A stretch of 64,000 nucleotides of DNA from Nitrospirota bacterium (GTDB lineage: Bacteria; Nitrospirota; Thermodesulfovibrionia; Thermodesulfovibrionales; UBA9159): assembly GCA_963699545.1 (NCBI GenBank), contig CAVOUE010000003.1:416001-480000 (forward strand), written 5' to 3'. A program made the translations under genes and the position numbers. Shown here piece after piece: positions 8,853-18,642 of this stretch. Numbering within the stretch: position 1 is the stretch's first letter; each line of letters starts with the position of its first letter. The notes under the pieces were generated by a model. That model was not told the DNA's origin and searched no databases. It saw nothing but the letters and a program-made list of their open reading frames with translations.

Positions 8853-8910
8853 GACAGGCAAGACGGATTGAAAATATCTGCCCAACACTTATAAGGCCCC
8901 CCGCTGTCAA

Positions 8911-9410
8911 GAGAAAAAGCGTTCCTAATCGGAAATCAGAATAAAGACATTTCCTTAATGTTCTTCAGATTGCCGGTGAGTTCCGACTTGGTTTCCGAAA
9001 GCGGCGTCAGATCAATATCTGCACCAAACACTTATCGAGGCTCGATAGCCGGTCAGCACGGAACAATGTATCAATTCCGTACTGCCGACGACAGTGGAGA
9101 GACCAATCGGTCTTGTTCTCCACGGCCTGGAAACAATTCAGAACCCTTATACCGTCCTCATCAAAGGTCTGGTTCATCCCGACTAATCGGGATCCTCCAG
9201 TTAGTATCAGGCTCGGGTAAGGGGCAGAACCTGTAACAATCTTTTATGTCTTATAGAGACCGGGCGTCCTAATCAAAAAAGATAGGCGCCGGGTATCGCA
9301 TTCCATGATGCCCTATCCATGATCGAAGCCATATACAAAGGCATGTTCTAAAGAGCATCCGTCGGACTTAACCCTAATGGCGCCAGTTAGACGCAACAGG
9401 CTCACCCGGT
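8911..9410 (-). ncRNA. Candidate bridge/seekRNA of the IS1111-type element (boundaries unknown)
   Basis: Hairpin-rich non-coding region downstream of the transposase, with short matches to both IS junctions (AACACTTAT 9027-9035; GTATCAA 9068-9074; AGTATCA 9203-9209). Confidence 0.55.
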
Positions 9411-9417
9411 CCCAGCC

Positions 9418-10461
9418 TTATTTCGCAAAGAAGACTTCTGGATGAAACACCTCTTTTCTTTTCAGGATATGATAGGCAGCCCTCGCAAGCTTATGTGCCA
9501 AAATGGTCAGGGACTTCGCCTTGCCGTGCTTCCTTGCCAGTTTGTCCCGATACTTTACCGCTTCGGGGTTTCTCCTGAGGAAAAGAACGGCTGCTTCTGA
9601 GAAGGCCCATTTAAGATGTGCATTGCCGATCTTCTTGCCCGAGGTGCCGAGTTTCTTGCCTGCCGACTCCTTGGCGGATTTAACAAGTCTGCAGTATGAG
9701 ACGAAATCCTGCACTCTGGGGAAGCGGTCGATATCGTGAATCTCATAGAGAATGACCAGGCCGAGGATTCTTCCTATACCGGGTATGGAGCGAAGACGGA
9801 AATAGGAATCGGCATCATCGACCTTTGCGATAAGGGATATCTCATGTTCAACACGGTGAAGCAGTTGATCATAGTGGTCTATGAGGCCAAGATCCAGTTC
9901 GATGCTCTTTTGGACACTCATGTCGGTGAACCGTTCGGCCAAGCCTTCGCGGTTGCCTTTCTTTCCGATATTCTTCCCTATCTCCGGAAGGTTGTATTGA
10001 TGATTGGTGTTTTGCACATGGGCAAGGAGTTCGGCCCGCTTGCGGACAAGGTGCAACCTTCTTCTCAAGAGATCCCTCGTGGACCGCATTTCGGAAGGGT
10101 AGACATACGCCATAGGCATCATGCCGCCCCTTAGCAGCACCGCTATCTTATGAGCGTCTACCTTGTCGTTTTTGGCTTTGCCTCCGTGGATGGCTTTCAT
10201 GTACAGGGCATGGCCCAGGACAAACGGGATATTCTCCTTATTGCAGAGATCGGCGATCCAGTACCAGGTGAAGATGCATTCTACGGCCACGACAATGTCC
10301 TCACGATACGGCGCGATAGTCTTAAGGAAGATGTCGGGATTTGTTTTGATGTCCCGGTGCAGAACGATTCTTCCCTCCTGATTGAGGATGCAAAGGTACA
10401 TGGTCTTGGCATGCAGATCGATTCCGCAAGAAAATTTGTGCTGCTTGGTGTAAAATCTCAT
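9418..10461 (-). CDS. IS110-family DEDD transposase/recombinase
   Basis: GIDLH, VAVE and KNDKVDA (DEDD), IPGIG, KESAGK serine motif, GNAHLKWA; AGGAGG SD before the ATG at 10461. Confidence 0.95.
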   Translation of the reverse strand: MRFYTKQHKFSCGIDLHAKTMYLCILNQEGRIVLHRDIKTNPDIFLKTIAPYREDIVVAVECIFTWYWIADLCNKENIPFVLGHALYMKAIHGGKAKNDKVDAHKIAVLLRGGMMPMAYVYPSEMRSTRDLLRRRLHLVRKRAELLAHVQNTNHQYNLPEIGKNIGKKGNREGLAERFTDMSVQKSIELDLGLIDHYDQLLHRVEHEISLIAKVDDADSYFRLRSIPGIGRILGLVILYEIHDIDRFPRVQDFVSYCRLVKSAKESAGKKLGTSGKKIGNAHLKWAFSEAAVLFLRRNPEAVKYRDKLARKHGKAKSLTILAHKLARAAYHILKRKEVFHPEVFFAK

Positions 10462-10687
10462 TTGAGGCCTCCTATGGGAAAAGGTTTTGGGTCCCTGAAT
10501 CATACCTGCTTCGGGTATGGTTCAGGGGGGCCTTAATGAGTATCAAATCTTTCCAGCCGACCGGTGATAAACCTAGTTGGTTTTAATAGGAAAACTAGGG
10601 ACACATCCCAGTTTTTCTTGACCACCGAGAAAAGCAAGCTTGCGATTCAATGTTTCTACTTGCCCGGCTTTCCTCTATTGCTAACGC

Positions 10688-10717
10688 TTGACAATAGTAA
10701 TGCCGCGAGTTACTATT
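10688..10717 (+). promoter_or_regulatory. higBA promoter with overlapping palindromic operator
   Basis: TTGACA, 17 nt, TACTAT; inverted repeat AATAGTAA/TTACTATT; ATG 5 nt after the -10 box (leaderless). Confidence 0.8.
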
Positions 10718-10721
10718 AATC

Positions 10722-11000
10722 ATGATTGTATCCTTCAAATGCCGGGATACGGAAGCCATGTTTACCGGCAAACGCATTGGGCGGTTCATCGGCATTGAGG
10801 CTGTCGCAATGCGGAAGCTCGCGTTGCTGAATGTTGCTGATAGGATAGAGGATCTGAGAGTGCCGCCTGGCAACAGACTCGAAGCTCTGAAGGGCAAACG
10901 TCAAGGGCAATGGAGCATTCGCATTAACGATCAGTGGCGGATTTGTTTTAGATTCAAGGGCGGAAGCGCCGTTGATGTGGAGATTGTTGATTACCATTGA
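10722..11000 (+). CDS. higB: HigB toxin (RelE/ParE superfamily)
   Basis: DLRVPPGNRLEALKG...WSIRINDQWRICF...VEIVDYH. Confidence 0.95.
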   Translation: MIVSFKCRDTEAMFTGKRIGRFIGIEAVAMRKLALLNVADRIEDLRVPPGNRLEALKGKRQGQWSIRINDQWRICFRFKGGSAVDVEIVDYH

Positions 11001-11009
11001 GGAGGTTGC

Positions 11010-11312
11010 ATGAGAAAAAGACAGGTGCCTTATCCCACGCCGGGAGAGATACTGCTTGAAGAGTTCTTGGTACCGATGGGACTTACCCAGTATAGGCTTG
11101 CAAAAGAAATAGGCGTACCACAAAGGCGCATCGGGGAGATTATCAGCGGCAAAAGGGCAATCACCACGGACACAGGGCTTAGGCTGTCTCGGTTTTTCGG
11201 TCTGAGTGACGGATTTTGGGAGCGGTTGCAAATTGACCGCGATCTATCAGTTGCCAGGGACGAAATGGCCGATACACTTCTCAAAATTAAGCCATATAGT
11301 CACGCGCAATAG
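11010..11312 (+). CDS. higA: HigA antitoxin (Xre HTH)
   Basis: PTPGEILLEEFL...QYRLAKEIGV...GKRAITTDTGLRL...FW. Confidence 0.95.
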   Translation: MRKRQVPYPTPGEILLEEFLVPMGLTQYRLAKEIGVPQRRIGEIISGKRAITTDTGLRLSRFFGLSDGFWERLQIDRDLSVARDEMADTLLKIKPYSHAQ

Positions 11313-11323
11313 AGCAGACGGGG

Positions 11324-12076
11324 TCAGGCGATCCTTGTCATGCCGATGGGATTCGGTGAGCGGCGCTTGTAGCCCCGGTCCTGCGCAAGGATGTCAAGGG
11401 GAAGGCTCATGATGTCCAGAAGATCGGCGGTGTACTCACTGAGAAGGCCCTCGTCCGCAGTCTTCAGATAGCTCTTACATTCATTGCAGAGGTCTATCCT
11501 GAACCCTTTTTCCTGTTCCACTTCGATGATCTCCAGTTTCCTCGCGTCCCTGTTCTGACAGTGAGGACATCCGACCCTGTGCCACGCGCCGCGGCTTGAA
11601 CAATAAGAACAGGAGAGAGCCTTTCCCTCTTCCCGCCTGAGGAACGAGAGGGAGGGGGCGGCATGACACACAGGACATCTTCCTTCTTCCCAGAACACGT
11701 CATGACCATTAAGGGAGCCTCTGAGCCGGAGGAAATACGGTCTGCTGATAAGGAAAAGAAGGCCCGTGAGTTCGTCCTCGTGATAGGGGAGGGAGAATGC
11801 AGGGGTTTCGTTAAGGGGCAGTCTGGAAAGATCCACCTGGCCCAACTTCATCGCTTCCTTAAGTGGAGCCAATATGTCCAGGGGTACTTCAAAGACGGAC
11901 GAAAAGGATTCAATAAGAAGATCGATGGACGACGGAGGATAGCATATATCTCCGGGAGAGGGAGCGACTGCATTCATCTTTCCCATTAACCGGTCAAACT
12001 CCGTGACCTTTTCATAAAGCCTGAGAGCATCCTTTAAATGAGGTCTTCGTTCAGCAATCTCTTTGATGGCAAACAT
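11324..12076 (-). CDS. fdhE: Formate dehydrogenase accessory protein
   Basis: Four CxxC pairs (CPVC, CSYC, CPHC, CNEC-KSYLK); last gene of the FDH cluster. Confidence 0.85.
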   Translation of the reverse strand: MFAIKEIAERRPHLKDALRLYEKVTEFDRLMGKMNAVAPSPGDICYPPSSIDLLIESFSSVFEVPLDILAPLKEAMKLGQVDLSRLPLNETPAFSLPYHEDELTGLLFLISRPYFLRLRGSLNGHDVFWEEGRCPVCHAAPSLSFLRREEGKALSCSYCSSRGAWHRVGCPHCQNRDARKLEIIEVEQEKGFRIDLCNECKSYLKTADEGLLSEYTADLLDIMSLPLDILAQDRGYKRRSPNPIGMTRIA

Positions 12077-12081
12077 AATGT

Positions 12082-13158
12082 TCAGGGTATTTCAGGGTAT
12101 TTCAACGACATTTCCTGACCGGCGAGTGCTTCGGTGAGAAATACCTTCAGAGAGTTCTTCTCCTCAGCAATGAGTCCCAAGGGTTTCAGCGCCTTGTTCC
12201 CCTTGCCGCCTCCTTCATTGAAGAATTCTATCACCTCATCCAGCGTCTTAAAGACGCCGTTATGCATATAGGGTGCGGTCTTTGGGATTTCCCTCAGCGT
12301 GGGCGTCCTGAATGCCTTCCAGTCTTTTCGGTCCTTGGTGATCAAATACCGGCCGGGATCTTCTGTCAGGTTCTTATAATCCTTATAATGGTAGACCTTT
12401 GCCACAAATCTCATCGTGGCCGTGACCCTTGGGTCATCCAGCAAAAGGGGGTTTTCAGGGACTTCCAGGGCATAAAACCTGTCATCAGAAAGATTAACAC
12501 CGTGATGACAGTCAGCGCATTTCCCTTTTCCCCTGAATATCTCGAGTCCCCTCTTCGCATCTTCGGACAATGCGCTCTTATCCCCTTTAAGGTACTTATC
12601 GAGAGGTGAGTTGAGGGAAATAAGGGTCCTCTCAAAGGCCGCAATCGCCATTGCGATCCTTTCCCGTGTAACAGCGCCGCCAAAGACCTTTTTGAACGCT
12701 TCGGCGTATTCCGGTACCACCCTGATCTGTTCCTCGAGATAATCGAGATTCTTGTTCATTTCGAATGCCGACATCATCGGGAAGAGCGCTTGATCTTCCA
12801 AGGTACTGACCCGGCCGTCATGAAACAGGAAGCGATAAAATGCGACGTTGATGAGCGTTGGGGAGTTTCTCCAGTTCTTTGTGGTGGGATAACTGAGGGA
12901 AATATCCTGGCCATCAGTGAACGCTATCTCAGGTATGTGGCAGGAGGCGCAGCTCATTGTGCCGTCACCTGAAAGGCGCCTGTCAAAAAAGAGCTTCTTG
13001 CCCAGTTCGATTTTCTCAGGTGTCTGAGGATTTTTCCCGGGAACGGGAACGGACTTGAAAGGTTCAAGATGTCCCGCGTATACGCCGGCCACGAAAACGA
13101 TTGTGAAAACCCATACAACAAGGGGGATGACAAAGAAAGCATATCTATTTTTTTGCAT
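12082..13158 (-). CDS. Diheme cytochrome c peroxidase / MauG family protein
   Basis: Signal or anchor helix, LGKKLFFD-RLS, CASCH and CADCH heme motifs, RNSPT, FRTPTLR...APYMHNG. Confidence 0.9.
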   Translation of the reverse strand: MQKNRYAFFVIPLVVWVFTIVFVAGVYAGHLEPFKSVPVPGKNPQTPEKIELGKKLFFDRRLSGDGTMSCASCHIPEIAFTDGQDISLSYPTTKNWRNSPTLINVAFYRFLFHDGRVSTLEDQALFPMMSAFEMNKNLDYLEEQIRVVPEYAEAFKKVFGGAVTRERIAMAIAAFERTLISLNSPLDKYLKGDKSALSEDAKRGLEIFRGKGKCADCHHGVNLSDDRFYALEVPENPLLLDDPRVTATMRFVAKVYHYKDYKNLTEDPGRYLITKDRKDWKAFRTPTLREIPKTAPYMHNGVFKTLDEVIEFFNEGGGKGNKALKPLGLIAEEKNSLKVFLTEALAGQEMSLKYPEIP

Positions 13159-13735
13159 CTCTCAGCTCCTCGTCAATAACTTTCTTAAAAAAATCATAGG
13201 GCCTGTTCCCCGTAACCTTCCTCCCGTTTATGAAGAATGCGGGTGTCTCATAGAGGTCCATGGAAACCGCAAGTTGCTTGTCCCGCTCTATGATCCGCGC
13301 ATTTTTTTTCGTATCGAGTGATTCCGTGAATTTCTTCACGTCCAGCCCGAGCTCCTGTGCGTACTTGACAAGCTTGTCCTTGTCAAGTTGGGGAGATCTT
13401 TTCAATAAGAGCTGATGCATTTCCCAGAATTTTCCTTGGTCGCGGGCAGCGAGTGCCGCCTCGGCCGCTCCATGAGAGAAATCCCGGTACTTGTACGGGT
13501 TCATTTTCACCACAAGCCTAAGGTTTCCTTTGTAATCCTTGAGCAGTTTATCGACAGTCGGACCGACTCCCACGCAGTGGGGTCACTGGTAGTCGACAAA
13601 CTCAATCATCGTTACCCGAGCCGTGGCCTGACCGTACCCGGGCGAGTCTTCCAGAGGCACTTCGTACCTTTTATCCTGGGCAGAAGAAACGGATACCGCA
13701 AAGAACAGGGCAAGGAAAAGCAGCAGTCTTTTCAT
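13145..13735 (-). CDS. Exported DsbA-like thioredoxin, selenoprotein with UPHC active site
   Basis: Two track ORFs are in frame across TGA at 13583-13585: EFVDYQ-U-PHC-VGVG; signal peptide MKRLLLF...SSA; TPAFFING cis-Pro loop. Confidence 0.85.
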
Positions 13736-13847
13736 CGTCTTCCTTTCTCCAGTTAAATGATCCCCCCACATCACGTTCTCCGTCACGTGACATGGGGGGA
13801 TTAGTTCTATCCGAGATCGTTCTCTTTCCGGCTAAGAAGGGGCCGGC

Positions 13848-14466
13848 TCAGGATTTATGCGCGTGACCCTCCACTTCGGCTATCCATTTTGGATGCCTCT
13901 TTCTGGCCCAATTGTATGGAACGGTTCCGTATATCATTATCCTCAAGGTCCCGGGGTTTGCAAGCGACCCCAGGTAGATGTGGGCAGGTACCGCCATCAT
14001 CAGAACGACAAAACTGACATTGTGAATCAGGTGGGCGTACATCACCAGCTGTTTGTCTCCCGACATGAGCCAGAAGACGAAACCCGATGCCGAAATGCCG
14101 ATTCCGAAGACGAGAACGGCGAGATAAAAGAACTTCTGGCCCGTATTCAGCTTTCCCATAGGGGGCGTTTTTACCTTATGGGAGAGATAGCCGCCGGCCA
14201 CCGTTATCCATCTGATATCGTCAGCATCAAAGGTGAGAGACTCTTTAAGGTAAAAGAAAATGGTAAGGAAGAGGGAGACCGAGAAGGCGACACCGATATA
14301 GTTGTGCCACGTCCTCATCGAGTTGAAACCACCGAAAAATGATCCGATTCCCTCTATATGGAACAGGAACCCGTATCCCTGGACCGAGAGGACGATGCAG
14401 CTTATAGCCAGCACCCAATGGTTCACGATTTCGAACGCGTCTGGACTTTCTGATCATCTTATCCAT
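13848..14466 (-). CDS. fdnI: Formate dehydrogenase gamma subunit (cytochrome b); indel near 5' end
   Basis: NHW, H-NYIG, GKLNTGQK, HLIH, HIYL...HPKW; four transmembrane helices. Confidence 0.9.
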
Positions 14467-15232
14467 TTTTCTTTTCCTCCTCTTCGGATTCTTTGTGAGG
14501 ACCGATGGCAACGTAATGGATATGGATGCAGCCGCTACGCCTCCGAGTCCTATGTAGGCGAGGGGCTTAAGGACCTTGTGCCAGAAGACAATCGACTTCG
14601 GGTATGGCCGGTTTTTCGTTCATCCCGTAGAGTTTCGGAGCATCCTTGAATGCATAGAGCGCACCGAGTCCACCGAGGTCCGACTGTCCGTAAAGCTTTG
14701 CATAGCCCACTTTCTGGGCCGAAGCTGATAAGATCCCGTCCCTGTCGCCGTATTTCAGAGCGCCCGTGGGACAGGTCTTTGTGCATGCGGGCTGAAGCCC
14801 ATTTGCGATCCTGTCAAAGCAGAGATGGCATTTCGATATCTTGTCTTTCTCATCGTAGCGCGGAACATTAAAGGGACATCCCGCAGACACAGAGCTTGCA
14901 TCCGATGCATTTGTCCTTATTGATCCCGACCGCACCTTCCTTTGTTCTGTACAGGGCCCCGGAGGACGGACAGATCTTCATGCAGCCCGCATCGTCGCAG
15001 TGCATGCAGCGCTGGTTCACGAAAGAGCCACCGCTCGACGTCTTTTGTCAGAGGGCACCTCAAGATAGTGGATCTTGTTGTAAAGATGCGGGGTGAGCTC
15101 GGGCGGATTTTCAAAGCCTCCCCTGTTGACTGTCTTGTCGCCAGGAAGCTGGTTCCATGACTTGCAGGCAACCTGACAGGCCCTGCATCCTATACACAAT
15201 TCCGGTGAAACGAGTATTCCCATTCTTGCCAT
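14459..15232 (-). CDS. fdnH: Formate dehydrogenase Fe-S beta subunit (split by indels)
   Basis: CIGCRACQVACK, CMHC, CPFNVPRY, KCHLCFDRI...PACTKTCPTGAL across several frames. Confidence 0.9.
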
Positions 15233-15243
15233 AATATCACCCC

Positions 15244-18200
15244 CTATGCCTTTTCCACATTGACCATGAAGGCCTTTGATTCAGGTATGCTTGTGTTCGG
15301 ATCTCCGATGAACGGAGTCAAGAGATTGGCGCTGTCCCCGCCGCTTCCGTCCACCGGGAACTGCCAGCCGAAATGCCACGGCATACCGACCTGATGGATC
15401 GTCTGGTTCATGACCTTGAACGGTTTGAATCGGTCTGTGACCACTGCAACGGCCCAAAGGCTTCCACGGCCTGATGAGACCTTAACCTTGTCACCGTTCT
15501 TGATCCCCTTTTCAGCCGCGAGCTCCTTGCTCATCTCCACAAACATCTGTGGCTGCATCTCAAGAAGCCATGGAGTATGCCTCGTCATTACACCCGTCTG
15601 CCAGTGCTCCGTGACCCTATAGGTGGTGGCAACATACGGATAGCGCACATCACAACTAAAGTGGGAGGCCATTTGCGCCAGCGGAGTTGCCGTGGGATTT
15701 ATCCTTCGCTTTTTGGACATCGGGTTTTCCTGAATCGGGCATTCCAGCGGTTCGTAGTGCTCAGGAAATGGCCCGTCAGCAAGGCCCGGTCCGAAGATCG
15801 AAGCGATTCCATCCGGCTTCATGATGAAAGGCAGCTTTCCGCCCTTGTCGTCTGATAGTGGTGGAGCAGGACCATCCGGTATGTCACCTTCCCAGACACC
15901 TGGTTTATTTGTGGCAGGGTTCACCTTGGTGGGGTTCCATTTCAGGACAGCCCGCTTGGGATCCCAGGGATTTCCATTCGGGTCGACCGAGGCCCTGTTA
16001 TAGATGATCCTTCTGTTCAACGGCCAGGCCCATGCCCAGTTCGGGATAGAGCCCAAGGCCGGTAGGATCTTCCTTACCTCTTCTGGCCATCATGTTTATG
16101 ACCTTATCGTCTTTCTGGGTGTAGCTTCCGGAGTATAACCAGTTACCGCAAGAGGTCGTACCATCTGCCTGGAGGGTCACGAAATTTGTGACGAGTTGCC
16201 CTTTCTTTCCGATGAGCTTGGGCGGGTCAACCTTCTTGTCGTAGATATCTTCAAGATAGTATCCGTTGATCTCTTTTGCCACACGGTGGATATCGAAATG
16301 CTCTATCTTGCCGTCCTTGTTCTTTTCACCGTAATCCCAGGTCAGGTTAAGGATCGGCGCAGGGAACTTCCCTTTCTCTTTCTGGTAGAGCTTCTTCACC
16401 CTGTAGTACAGCTCGTTCATGATCTCCGAGTCTGGCATGGATTGTCCGATAGGCTTAATGGCCGCTGTCCTCCACTGGGCAAGGCGGCTGGAATTGCTGA
16501 TACTGCCCTCTTTTTCCACAGAGGAGCAGCAAGGGAGCATGAACACCTCTGTCTGGATATCCTCCGGTTTCATGTCAGGCCCTTTCCAGAAGGAGGCGGT
16601 CTCGTTGTCGTAAAGATTCACGTTAACGAGCCACTTCAGCTTTGAGAAAACCTGTCTGACCTTGCCCGCGGCAGCAGATGAACAGGCGGGGTTCTGCCCC
16701 CAGGCAAAGAAACCTTCAAACTTCCCCATGCCCATCTCAAGAAAGAGTCTGAGCCATGAGGCATTCATCCCCTCGTCAAGTTTGGGCAGCCAGGCATAAC
16801 CAAAATCATTGTCCTTGGTCGCCTTATCTCCATAAATCGCCTTGAGGTAGCTCGTGATGTATTTGGGTCTGTTCCCCCACCAGTTCACGCTCTTCGGCTC
16901 TTTTGTCTTGGGCGTGTACTTTTCGACGTAGGCCTTGAGGTCCACAAGCGAAGCAGTGGGCGTGGGGTTATACCCTGTAAGGATATGGAAGAGGAGGCCA
17001 TAGTCAGTCGAGCCCTGGACGTTTGATTCGCCCCTCATTGCATTTACTCCACCCCCTGCAATACCCATGTTGCCGAGCAGGAGCTGGACTATGCAGAAAG
17101 GCCCTGATATTCTGGACACCCACGGTATGCTGGGTCCATCCCATGGCATAGCACTCGGTTCCGGCCCTGTCACGCTTTCCTGTTGAAGCATAGGTCTTGT
17201 ATACCTCAATGAGCTTCTCCTTTGGTGTTCCGGTAATGCTGGAAACCATATCGGGCGTATAACGGGAAACGTGCTTCCTCAGGATCTGGTACACGCAGCG
17301 GGGGTCTTTCAGGGTCAGGTCTCTCTTAGGGAGACCCTTCTCGTCCATCTGGAATGTCCAGGTCTTCTTGTCGTACTTATTCGTCTTCTCATTAAATCCG
17401 GAAAAGACGCCGTCAAGCTCTCCCGGCATCTTGAAATCCGGATTCACCAGAAAGGAGGCGTTGGTATAGTTGACCACATAGTCTCTGAAGATGAGGTTAT
17501 TGTCGATAATGTATTTGATCATCCCGCTGATAAAGGCGATGTCTGTGCCCGAACGGAGAGGGGCATAGATATCAGCCTTTGCAGCGGTCTGTGTAAAGCG
17601 GGGATCTACGACGATGAGCTTTGCACCCTTCTCCTTCGCCTCGCATGATCCACTTCATGGATATGGGATGATTCGAGGCAGGGTTTGAACCCATGACGAG
17701 GATGACATCAGCGTTCCTGAGATCAACCCAGTGGTTTGTCATTGCACCGCGACCGAACGACTCTCCCAGAGCCGCTACAGTGGGCGAGTGTCATATTCGG
17801 GCCTGATGCTCTATATAGACCAGGCCCCAGGAGCGGAGCATCTTTTGCAGGACATAGCACTCTTCGTTATCCAGGGCAGCGCTTCCCACATGGGCAATGC
17901 CGTCGGTCCTGTTCACCACGAATTCCTTCTCGACATCGACCTCCACCTCAACGGGCAAGCCGCCTTCCTTCGTGCCCGGTTCAGTCTTCTTTTCCTTCAC
18001 TTTTGATTTGGCTTTTTCCTTGAACGTCCTGTCTCTCGTGTCCTTGATCTTTCGTGCAATCTGATCAAGGGCCCAGTCCCATTCGACCTCTTTCCACGCT
18101 GTTGCACCAGCGGCCCGATACAGTGGCCTTGTCACTCTCAGAGGATTGTTCACCATCTGGTAAAGTGATGCCCCTTTCGGACAAAGCGTCCCTTCACTGA

Positions 18201-18426
18201 TGGGGTGCTCAGGATCGCCTTCCGTATTGATGACCTTCCCGTCCTTTACATGGACCATGATGCCGCAGCCCACGGAACAGTAAGGACATATGGAGAAAGA
18301 CTCCTTTGCATCTTTGATGCGCAGTGTCTGCGCATATGCCTTTGCAGGGTCCAGGTCTACCGCTAAAGACCCCAGCGCCAATGCTCCTCCCGAAAGCTTC
18401 AGGAAATTGCGGCGTGATACATTCAT
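15244..18426 (-). CDS. fdnG: Selenocysteine formate dehydrogenase alpha subunit (Tat-exported; several indels)
   Basis: SRRNFLK Tat signal, CPYCSVGC, HQARI-TGA(17791-17793)-HSPT...GRGAMTNHW, RGESNVQG, PEHYEP, TTYRVTEHW. Confidence 0.95.
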
Positions 18427-18642
18427 AAGCCCCTCCTCATTATAGAGATCAGCACTGCAACTAAGAAATGCACCAGATGCGTCCTGATATATTACAACAC
18501 TCTTTTCGTTTCCGTGTCGCGGGTTTTTCTTGTCTTATAGATATAAGGATAGCGTGGTTTGCGAATTCGCCAACATAACGATTGCCATTAAGGGACCACA
18601 TGGAATTACTAATAAAAAGTATATTCTGATTCTATGAGCCTG

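Larger units (their letters stand above)
8888..10545 (-). mobile_element. IS110-family, IS1111-type insertion sequence (~1.66 kb) inserted in attC
   Basis: Subterminal 11-bp inverted repeats TAAGGCCCCCC (8892-8902) and GGGGGGCCTTA (10525-10535), CA core at both junctions (8886-8887, 10544-10545), long non-coding region 3' of the transposase. Confidence 0.9.
8880..10590 (+). other. attC site interrupted by the IS; right half degenerate
   Basis: Removing the IS restores GCCCAAC-AAATC-TTTCCAGC-CGACC, a canonical attC left half; no clear R' box afterwards. Confidence 0.7.

Noticed and set aside
8958-9236. 92-aa ORF inside the IS
   Set aside because: Antisense to the element, no recognisable motifs; the region fits the IS1111 non-coding RNA position
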